Of a stretch of 5,250 nt of DNA, positions 1-5,250 are shown in pieces. Where the stretch lies: IMG/VR virus record IMGVR_UViG_2609459846_000012; one strand, 5' to 3'. A program made the position numbers and the translations under genes. The notes beneath the pieces were generated by a model. The model searched no databases. It was not told where the DNA came from and was given only the letters and a program-made list of their open reading frames with translations. Position 1 is the stretch's first letter; each line of letters starts with the position of its first letter. The DNA comes from a virus. Its lineage: Duplodnaviria; Heunggongvirae; Uroviricota; Caudoviricetes.

Positions 1-1
1 T

Positions 2-169
2 ATACGTGAAAAAGAATGTCAGCAACTTACAGGCCTGAGCCGCTCATGTCGGTATCGCCTGGAGAAGACCGGACAATTCCCATCACGGCGTAAACTCGGC
101 GGTCGTTCCGTTGGCTGGTCTTTATCCGAAGTTCTGGCATGGAAGGACAGCCGCGAGGCAGTTCACTAA
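2..169 (+). CDS. alpA: AlpA-family prophage transcriptional regulator/excisionase, 5'-truncated by window edge
   Basis: Frame-2 translation IREKECQQLTGLSRSCRYRLEKTGQFPSRRKLGGRSVGWSLSEVLAWKDSREAVH* (stop at 167-169). The LTGLSRS..YRLEK.GQFP...LGGRSVGW motif is the helix-turn-helix signature of the AlpA/Phage_AlpA family as I recall it. Not in the ORF track because the start lies upstream of the window. Confidence 0.8.
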   Translation: MREKECQQLTGLSRSCRYRLEKTGQFPSRRKLGGRSVGWSLSEVLAWKDSREAVH

Positions 170-175
170 TCAGGC

Positions 176-194
176 TGGCGGCGCACCGCCGCCA
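176..194 (+). other. GC-rich hairpin just after the alpA stop (TGGCGGCG-CAC-CGCCGCCA), no U-tract
   Basis: Perfect 8-bp inverted repeat with a 3-nt loop seen directly in the sequence; no T-run follows on either strand, so its role (RNA stabiliser, Rho-dependent stop, protein site) is unclear. Confidence 0.3.
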
Positions 195-430
195 CCCATC
201 CACTAACACAGAGATCTAACCATGAATACTGGATATACGCCCGAACAGGGGCGGGGCTTCGTTCGTCCTGGTGAAACTAAAAAGCCATGTTATCGGGTAT
301 TTTCAGGCATAAAAAAAGCGGCCCCGATAAGGAACCGCCTTTCTGAACAATTAACCTGCTGCGAAAAAAATGGATCAGTGCAGGGGAATTATATCAACCG
401 TGTGGTGAAGCGCCACTATTGCCGGATAAC

Positions 431-463
431 AAGCAAAACAAAGGCGACCGCAAAAGGGTCGCC
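431..463 (-). terminator. Rho-independent terminator for the leftward RHH operon
   Basis: On the minus strand: GGCGACC-CTTTTGC-GGTCGCC (7-bp perfect GC-rich stem, 7-nt loop) followed directly by TTTGTTTTGCTT; lies 67 nt downstream of the minus-strand ORF ending at 530. Confidence 0.55.
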
Positions 464-529
464 AGTGGGAACAAGGGAAAACAAAAGCATCGCCAACAAT
501 GCCACATTTGCGGCTGGTGGGCAATGCAA

Positions 530-718
530 TCAGTCTGGTTCAGTTCGTTGCCATACCTGCAATGAGCGCTTTTCCCTGTACTCTTTAAGGAATTGCTCAA
601 GGGCAAAAGCACATGGCGCGAATCTTTCTGATTCATGCTCTATCTTTCTGCGCCGTCTTTTCCGTGTCGGTGATAATGTTTTGGTCAATTCTTTATCGGT
701 CATTGTGTTGTCCTGCAT
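530..718 (-). CDS. hypothetical small basic protein (57-62 aa), second gene of leftward operon
   Basis: ORF-track ORF MQDNTMTDKELTKTLSPTRKRRRRKIEHESERFAPCAFALEQFLKEYREKRSLQVWQRTEPD. The internal ATG (MTDKEL, position 703) has a better Shine-Dalgarno (AGGA, 7-nt spacer) than the first ATG. Followed by the intrinsic terminator. No recognisable family. Confidence 0.4.
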   Translation of the reverse strand: MQDNTMTDKELTKTLSPTRKRRRRKIEHESERFAPCAFALEQFLKEYREKRSLQVWQRTEPD

Positions 719-760
719 AGCAATGCGCCGTAATACCTTACACCACGGCGCTGGTGATGG

Positions 761-940
761 TTATTCCTGCTCTTTGGCCTTGCGACGCTGGCGGTATTCA
801 ACTTCTCGCTTTAATGCTGCTGTTACAAACTGCCCTGTACTTTCACCAGGCATTTTTACCGCCTCAACATTGTTCATAACTTCATGCGGAACCCTTGCCG
901 CAACTGTTTGTGATTTTGCGTTTACTGCTTTTGTTGCCAT
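761..940 (-). CDS. ribbon-helix-helix (CopG/Arc/MetJ-like) DNA-binding protein, 59 aa
   Basis: Hand-translated minus-strand ORF (below the ORF-track size cutoff): MATKAVNAKSQTVAARVPHEVMNNVEAVKMPGESTGQFVTAALKREVEYRQRRKAKEQE*. Predicted beta-strand (TVAARVPHEV), helix A, G-x-S/T turn (PGESTG), helix B fits the RHH fold pattern. SD-like AAGGGG about 7 nt upstream of the ATG. Divergent from the replication operon. Confidence 0.6.
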   Translation of the reverse strand: MATKAVNAKSQTVAARVPHEVMNNVEAVKMPGESTGQFVTAALKREVEYRQRRKAKEQE

Positions 941-989
941 GTTGTGTACCCCTTACAAAAAACAAATGCAGTATGCAGGAAAAAAAATA

Positions 990-1043
990 AGTGTTCAACA
1001 CTTGACGTGTTTAACACCAGAGCTTAAATTGGTGTTCAACACC
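990..1043. promoter_or_regulatory. divergent promoter/operator region with three palindromic operator-like sites
   Basis: AGTGTTCAACACT (990-1002), GTGTTTAACAC (1007-1017), GGTGTTCAACACC (1031-1043). Rightward sigma70-like promoter: -35 TTGACG (1002-1007), 17-bp spacer, -10 TAAATT (1025-1030). Leftward promoter candidate on the minus strand: -35 TTGAAC (within palindrome 1), 17-bp spacer, -10 CATACT (complement of 970-975). Confidence 0.5.
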
Positions 1044-1139
1044 TTACTGATGCAAGGTGCAGAAACGACGAAACCCGGCAGTGCGCTAACACTAACCGGG
1101 CTTCTAACCACCAACGATAGAAAGCGTATCGAGGTAGCT

Positions 1140-1346
1140 ATGAGAAATTATACCAGACACCCGCAAGGGCGGGACTCGTACAACCTGAATAAATACATCT
1201 GGCGTTTTATCGCCCTGAGCACGGCACAACCGCGCGTGATTACCATTGAGGCCACCAGCGAACAGGAAGCGCGTCAGCAATCTCCTGATGGCTGCGTGAT
1301 GGTATTCGCTGCCCGTATTCGTCAGGGGGTACGCCATGTGCAATAA
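1140..1346 (+). CDS. small phage protein, possibly Icd-like (host cell division inhibitor-like) family, 68 aa
   Basis: In-frame ATG inside the spurious 374-aa ORF with SD GAGG upstream: MRNYTRHPQGRDSYNLNKYIWRFIALSTAQPRVITIEATSEQEARQQSPDGCVMVFAARIRQGVRHVQ. The W.F.A....ATSE.EAR....V.VFAAR pattern matches my recollection of Icd-like small proteins annotated beside P4-family primases; the family call is from memory and unverified. Confidence 0.45.
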   Translation: MRNYTRHPQGRDSYNLNKYIWRFIALSTAQPRVITIEATSEQEARQQSPDGCVMVFAARIRQGVRHVQ

Positions 1347-1596
1347 CACCCGTCCGGACGCAGCCGCCGAAGCCATCAAAACGCTGATGCACGCGCTGAT
1401 TGATATTTCTGTTATCGCAGACAAGGCGCATAAGCGCGCCACCAGCGAAACAGAATATGCCGGGGCTTTCGTTCCTCACTCACTGGCTGTTATGCAACTT
1501 AGTGCGGATATGGCGCTGAATGAGGCTAAAGCCATCCTGATTGCTGATTGTGAAAATGGGGGGGGGTTATGCGTGATGATCGTTTTAATTCCCTGA
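1336..1596 (+). CDS. hypothetical protein, 86 aa
   Basis: ORF-track ORF; SD AGGGGG 6 nt upstream of the ATG; overlaps the previous ORF by 11 nt (translational coupling). C-terminus crosses a G9 homopolymer (1558-1566). Confidence 0.5.
   Translation: MCNNTRPDAAAEAIKTLMHALIDISVIADKAHKRATSETEYAGAFVPHSLAVMQLSADMALNEAKAILIADCENGGGLCVMIVLIP
1558..1566 (+). repeat. G9 homopolymer tract at the junction of two overlapping ORFs
   Basis: Nine consecutive G seen directly; encodes NGGG near the end of ORF 1336..1596 and acts as SD for ORF 1569..1802. Confidence 0.9.
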
Positions 1597-1802
1597 AACA
1601 GGAATTTTCCGGCGTTCCTGATGATGCGGCTGATGCGCTTTCGTCAATGCCAGAGCTTATTAGAGCGGCTTTTTTCTTACTTTCCACGAGAGAATATAAA
1701 TCAACGGGGCTTGATGTACTGAATATCGCCGCCGATTATGCGGAATATGTGGCAGAGGCGCGTTATAGAAGAAAATTTCCTGAGGATGTAAGCCATGCGT
1801 GA
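1569..1802 (+). CDS. hypothetical protein, 77 aa
   Basis: ORF-track ORF; the G9 tract immediately upstream serves as SD; overlaps the upstream ORF by 28 nt and the downstream ORF by 8 nt (ATGCGTGA). Confidence 0.5.
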   Translation: MRDDRFNSLKQEFSGVPDDAADALSSMPELIRAAFFLLSTREYKSTGLDVLNIAADYAEYVAEARYRRKFPEDVSHA

Positions 1803-2028
1803 TATTTACCACGAAACAATAGACCGCGCATTTCTTGCACTTTCTCACAGTGAAAACATGCTGGAAATATTGCGCATATGGCTTGAAACACTTGGCGACA
1901 ATGAACGCGACAAACAAAAATCAAGAATTGCCACGGCATTAATAACGCTTCTTGAGCCTGTAATAATGGAACTGCAAGAAATAGATCTATTGCACGACAG
2001 ATATAAAGAACAGCACACCGGAGAATAA
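1795..2028 (+). CDS. hypothetical protein, 77 aa, predicted mostly helical
   Basis: ORF-track ORF; SD GAGGA 8 nt upstream; start overlaps the upstream stop. Confidence 0.5.
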   Translation: MRDIYHETIDRAFLALSHSENMLEILRIWLETLGDNERDKQKSRIATALITLLEPVIMELQEIDLLHDRYKEQHTGE

Positions 2029-2033
2029 AAATA

Positions 2034-2333
2034 ATGAAACTTAAATATTCTGGCTTAACTGCCAGTGGCAACACTCACCCTAAATTTACGCGCGGCGATA
2101 TTTACCGCGACCAGTACGGCGGCACGGTAATGATTAAGGACGTGGAAGAACGGCGCGTAACCTACCGCCGTGAAGGTTACGAATATGATTGCGTGATGCC
2201 TGTTTATCAGTTCCGGCGTGATTTTTCTCTGGTACAGACCGCGCCGCATAACGTGTCCACCAGCAACGCCAGGGCACGGGCAAACATCCAGAAGCTGAAA
2301 ACCATGATTAACGGATTCAGGGGTAAAAAATGA
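2034..2333 (+). CDS. hypothetical protein, 99 aa, immediately upstream of and coupled to the replication gene
   Basis: ORF-track ORF; SD GGAGA upstream; stop overlaps the alpha-like start (ATGA). Occupies the position that epsilon/orf151 hold relative to alpha in P4 as I recall it, but no sequence support for homology. Confidence 0.55.
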   Translation: MKLKYSGLTASGNTHPKFTRGDIYRDQYGGTVMIKDVEERRVTYRREGYEYDCVMPVYQFRRDFSLVQTAPHNVSTSNARARANIQKLKTMINGFRGKK

Positions 2334-4144
2334 AACTGGCACCGAACGTAAAACAGCAGTCACGCGGCATAAAACACAAAGAAACAGAAGTCATTATTTT
2401 TGCGGGTAGTGATGCCTGGTCACACGCAAAACAATGGCAGGAACATGACGCGCGTATGGCCGGAGATAATGAGCCTCCTGTGTGGCTTGGGGAGCAGCAG
2501 TTATCCGAACTGGATAAGCTGCAAATTGTGCCGGAAGGCAGAAAATCCGTGCGCATATTCAGGGCCGGATATCTTGCGCCAGTAATGATAAAGGCGATTG
2601 GTCAGAAGCTGGCGGCGGCAGGCGTACAGGATGCAAATTTTTATCCTGAGGGTATGCACGGCCAGGAGGTGCAGAACTGGCGCGAATATCTGGCCCGTGA
2701 GCGCCAGAATCTTTCTGATGGTCTGGTGATTCAGCTTCCTGTTAAGAAAAAAACAGAAGACAGCGCCGCACCACTGGCGCTTAACCAGATGGGAGCAAGC
2801 CAGCGCGGCGAAGTTCTCCTGGCACATTATGGCGGTGAACTGGCGATTCATGCCGACTCTGACACTGTTCACCATTACAACGGCGTTGTATGGGAGCCGA
2901 TTCAGGATAAAGAGTTACAGCGTGCTATGGCGCAGATTTTCATTGATGCGGAGATCAGCTATTCGCAGAACGCCATTAAATCGGCGGTCGATACCATGAA
3001 GTTAAGTTTGCCTGTAATGGGGAATACAGCCCGTAACCTGATTGGATTCAGTAACGGGGTATTTGATACCAGAACAGGTAATTTTCGGGAGCATAACAAA
3101 AACGACTGGTTGTTAATTGCCAGTGAATTACCTTTCAGCCCACCAGCAGAGGGGGAAACGCTGGCAACACATGCGCCGAATTTCTGGAAGTGGTTACGCT
3201 GCTCGGTGGCAGAGAATGACCGCAAGACGGATCGCGTGCTGGCTGCATTATTCATGGTGCTGGCGAACCGGTACGACTGGCAGTTATTCATTGAGGTAAC
3301 AGGTCCAGGGGGAAGTGGTAAAAGCGTGATGGCGGAGATTTGCACCATGCTGGCGGGTAAGGCCAACACAGTATCGGCAAGCATGAAGGCGCTGGAAGAT
3401 GCAAGGGAACGCGCGTTAGTGGTTGGCTTTTCGCTGATTATCATGCCGGATATGACCCGCTACGCTGGTGATGGCGCAGGAATTAAGGCTATTACAGGCG
3501 GTGACAAGGTGGCAATCGACCCGAAGCATAAAGCCCCCTACTCAACACGCATTCAGGCGGTCGTGCTGGCGGTGAACAATAACGCCATGTCATTCAGTGA
3601 CCGCAGCGGGGGGATCTCACGTCGTCGGGTGATATTCAATTTTTCGGAGGTTGTACCGGAGAACGAGCGCGACCCCATGCTGGCAGAAAAAATAGAAGGA
3701 GAGCTGGCGGTTGTGATTCGCCATCTGCTTACTCGTTTTTCTGACCAGGACGAAGCTAAACGCCTGCTGTATGAGCAGCAGAAATCAGAAGAAGCTCTGG
3801 TGATAAAACGCGAGGGCGATTCGCTGGTGGACTTCTGTGGCTATCTCATGTCGTCGGTAATGTGTGATGGTCTGTTAGTGGGTAATGCCGAAATTATTCC
3901 GTTCAGTCCGCGCAGGTATCTTTATCACGCCTATCTGGCATATATGAGGGCACACGGATTCGGTAAACCTGTAACACTGACGCGCTTCGGTAAAGATATG
4001 CCGGGGGCAATGGCGGAATATGGCAGGGAGTATATAAAACGGAAAACGAAGCACGGTTTGCGTTCAAATGTGACACTGACAGAGGATTCAGAAGACTGGA
4101 TGCCATCATGTGCATCGGTCACAAATGACGACAGCAAAAATTAA
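2330..4144 (+). CDS. P4-alpha-like replication initiator: D5_N-like region plus SF3 (P-loop) helicase, 604 aa
   Basis: Walker A VTGPGGSGKS (nt 3302-3325); Walker B-like hydrophobic run ending in D (LIIMPD); motif C-like VVLAVNNN; upstream GFSNGVFDTRTGNFREH resembles the D5_N / P4-family primase C-terminal region. Cognate iterons lie immediately downstream. The N-terminal ~200 aa are unassigned. Confidence 0.85.
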   Translation: MKLAPNVKQQSRGIKHKETEVIIFAGSDAWSHAKQWQEHDARMAGDNEPPVWLGEQQLSELDKLQIVPEGRKSVRIFRAGYLAPVMIKAIGQKLAAAGVQDANFYPEGMHGQEVQNWREYLARERQNLSDGLVIQLPVKKKTEDSAAPLALNQMGASQRGEVLLAHYGGELAIHADSDTVHHYNGVVWEPIQDKELQRAMAQIFIDAEISYSQNAIKSAVDTMKLSLPVMGNTARNLIGFSNGVFDTRTGNFREHNKNDWLLIASELPFSPPAEGETLATHAPNFWKWLRCSVAENDRKTDRVLAALFMVLANRYDWQLFIEVTGPGGSGKSVMAEICTMLAGKANTVSASMKALEDARERALVVGFSLIIMPDMTRYAGDGAGIKAITGGDKVAIDPKHKAPYSTRIQAVVLAVNNNAMSFSDRSGGISRRRVIFNFSEVVPENERDPMLAEKIEGELAVVIRHLLTRFSDQDEAKRLLYEQQKSEEALVIKREGDSLVDFCGYLMSSVMCDGLLVGNAEIIPFSPRRYLYHAYLAYMRAHGFGKPVTLTRFGKDMPGAMAEYGREYIKRKTKHGLRSNVTLTEDSEDWMPSCASVTNDDSKN

Positions 4145-4158
4145 ACTTATGGAATAAC

Positions 4159-4386
4159 TGTTCACCACTGTTCACCCTGTTATAAATATCTTTTATATCA
4201 GTACATTATAGGGTGAACAGTTATTTGTGAACTGTTCACCAAACTATTCACTGTTCACCTTTTTGATTATTTATTGAGCTTTAAGGGTGAACAGTGGTGA
4301 ACAGTTGGTGAATAGTTTTTGTGAAACTGTTCACCCCTTAACATTATGAATAAAAAGGGAAAATATCAAAAGGTGAACAGGTGAAG
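4159..4386. repeat. origin of replication: iteron array of TGTTCACC octamers in both orientations, interspersed with AT-rich tracts
   Basis: Forward TGTTCACC at 4159, 4169, 4233, 4252, 4328; reverse GGTGAACA at 4212, 4286, 4296, 4372; degenerate copies at 4177, 4245, 4307, 4380. Adjacent copies are spaced 10 bp apart (4159/4169; 4286/4296). AT-rich stretches at 4177-4210, 4260-4284, 4336-4370, 4389-4418. The octamer is identical to the type I iteron bound by P4 alpha in ori and crr, as I recall it. Confidence 0.8.
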
Positions 4387-4431
4387 GGTTAAAATGCAAA
4401 AATTTTATTTTATTGCTGTGAGGTAAAGCCT

Positions 4432-4677
4432 GTGACAACGAAGCACGCAAAAAAACCACAATCTCACGCCCTTGATTTGACAGAACACTGGCTGAGGGTG
4501 GCGATAAAAATCATCGACCGCAACGCGGGAGAAGGGTACGCAAAAGCACATCCCGAACTGGTAAGCGCATTCATGACCACGGCAGCGGCAAACTTTGCCA
4601 CGCTGACAGAACGGGAGATTGCCGAAGCGGAACAGGTGACAACCATCAACGTTAAAACCGGAGAGCAGACAGCATGA
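4432..4677 (+). CDS. hypothetical protein, 81 aa (GTG start)
   Basis: ORF-track ORF; GAGG 8 nt upstream of GTG; stop overlaps the start of the SSB-like gene (ATGA). Confidence 0.55.
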   Translation: MTTKHAKKPQSHALDLTEHWLRVAIKIIDRNAGEGYAKAHPELVSAFMTTAAANFATLTEREIAEAEQVTTINVKTGEQTA

Positions 4678-5099
4678 CAGCACAGATAGCGGCTTACGGG
4701 CGGCTGGTGGCTGACCCGCAGTTAAAGACCACCAGCAAAGGGACACAAATGGCGATGGCGAGTATGGCGGTTCCCCTGCCGTGCAGCCAGGCAGATGACG
4801 GAACGGCGACGATGTGGTTATCTGTCCTGGCGTTTGGCAGACAGGCCGACGCACTGGCAAAACACCACAAAGGCGAACTGGTGAGCGTGGCGGGTAACAT
4901 GCAGGTGAGCCAGTGGACAGGCCAGAACGGGGAAACGCGGCAGGGCTGGCAGGTTATTGCAGACAGCGTAATCAGTGCGCGAACGGCGCGACCGGGCGGC
5001 AAAAAAGGTCAACAGGGCCAGGCCACTGACGCACTGAACAGGGCAAAACAACAGACAAGCCAGCACGATGACCCGTACGGGGATAACATACCGTTTTAA
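4674..5099 (+). CDS. compact single-stranded DNA-binding (SSB-family, OB-fold) protein with conserved acidic C-terminal tip, 141 aa
   Basis: By-eye alignment to E. coli SSB: IAAYGRLVADPQL vs VILVGNLGQDPEV; MWLSVLAFGRQADALA vs EWHRVVLFGKLAEVAS (W54 and F60 equivalents kept); SQWTGQNGETRQGWQVIAD vs RKWTDQSGQDRYTTEVVVN (W88 equivalent kept); C-terminus DDPYGDNIPF vs SSB tip DFDDDIPF. The Gly/Gln-rich linker is much shorter than in host SSB. Confidence 0.7.
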   Translation: MTAQIAAYGRLVADPQLKTTSKGTQMAMASMAVPLPCSQADDGTATMWLSVLAFGRQADALAKHHKGELVSVAGNMQVSQWTGQNGETRQGWQVIADSVISARTARPGGKKGQQGQATDALNRAKQQTSQHDDPYGDNIPF

Positions 5100-5135
5100 T
5101 TCACAACAGCGAACAGAGTAATTACGGGGGAAGGC

Positions 5136-5250
5136 ATGACAACGCTGACCATTAACCGGAAGCCGAAAGGCATTTACGGCACGCCGCAGAAAACGACGCA
5201 GGCGGCGCAAGAGCAGGATAAAACCACATCGGCGCATAAAGTGATACCCG
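5136..5250 (+). CDS. hypothetical protein, 5' portion only (runs off window)
   Basis: ATG at 5136 preceded by GGGGGAAGG; open to window end (MTTLTINRKPKGIYGTPQKTTQAAQEQDKTTSAHKVIP...). Confidence 0.45.
   Translation, partial: MTTLTINRKPKGIYGTPQKTTQAAQEQDKTTSAHKVIP

Noticed and set aside
27-209. 60-aa minus-strand ORF
   Set aside because: Lies antisense to the clearly recognisable AlpA-family coding sequence; no SD; composition not protein-like.
394-636. 80-aa minus-strand ORF
   Set aside because: Overlaps the 530..718 ORF in another frame and runs through the intrinsic terminator hairpin; Cys/His/Pro-rich, unprotein-like translation.
966-1062. Short TGCAG-containing direct repeats (ATGCAG-TATGCAG at 966-978; TGCAAGGTGCAG at 1051-1062)
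   Set aside because: Too short and degenerate to separate from chance; the 11-13-bp palindromes in the same region are the stronger regulatory signal.
222-1346. 374-aa plus-strand ORF from the ORF track
   Set aside because: The product is Cys/Arg-rich and unprotein-like. It runs antisense across the well-supported RHH gene, the terminator and the promoter/operator region. Only its last 68 codons (from the ATG at 1140, with an SD) look like a real gene.
1104-1479. Minus-strand ORFs 1104..1442 and 1240..1479
   Set aside because: Antisense to the tightly coupled rightward operon, with no start-site signals; typical shadow ORFs.
1660-2074. Minus-strand ORFs 1660..1917 and 1763..2074
   Set aside because: Antisense shadow ORFs within the rightward small-ORF operon; Cys/Phe-rich, no ribosome-binding sites.
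2173-2190. EGYEYD in the 99-aa ORF as a possible P4 primase EGYATA-like motif
   Set aside because: Only three residues match, the protein is far too small to be a primase, and the context looks like a small beta-rich domain; judged a chance resemblance.
2055-3444. Minus- and plus-strand ORFs nested in the replication gene (2055..2363, 2317..2556, 2400..2585, 2501..2875, 2959..3444, 3117..3299)
   Set aside because: All lie inside or antisense to the 604-aa helicase gene, which has clear catalytic motifs; none has convincing translation signals.
3903-4137. Minus-strand ORFs 3903..4115 and 3931..4137
   Set aside because: Antisense to the 3' end of the replication gene; shadow ORFs.
4159-4386. 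Possibility that the short repeats are a CRISPR array
   Set aside because: Repeat unit is only 8 bp, occurs in both orientations with irregular 10-75 bp spacing and AT-rich flanks, and sits directly after a replication initiator gene; this is an iteron origin, not repeat-spacer architecture.
4405-5237. Minus-strand ORFs 4405..4860, 4464..4649, 4694..5002, 4818..5237
   Set aside because: Antisense to the 81-aa, SSB-like and downstream plus-strand genes; Cys/Arg-rich translations; the plus-strand genes have SDs, coupling and, for SSB, clear homology.

Overview
This window reads as the replication/regulation module of an integrative P4-like satellite or PICI-type element from an enterobacterium. 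All calls come from reading the sequence and ORF track by eye; no searches were run. From left to right: the 3' end of an AlpA-family excisionase/regulator gene (+); a short noncoding stretch; a leftward two-gene operon (ribbon-helix-helix protein plus a small basic protein) ending in a clear intrinsic terminator; a divergent promoter region with three palindromic operator-like sites; a rightward operon of five small translationally coupled ORFs feeding into a 604-aa P4-alpha-like replication protein (D5_N-like region plus SF3 helicase); an iteron-rich, AT-rich origin immediately downstream built from the octamer TGTTCACC in both orientations; then an 81-aa ORF, a compact SSB-like protein with a conserved acidic C-terminal tip, and the start of a further ORF. 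The candidates for something undescribed are the five small ORFs upstream of the replication gene, the leftward RHH operon, and the SSB-like module after the origin. Also notable is a G9 homopolymer where a single-base gain would fuse two of the small ORFs. The 374-aa plus-strand ORF (222..1346) and all long antisense ORFs are judged spurious.
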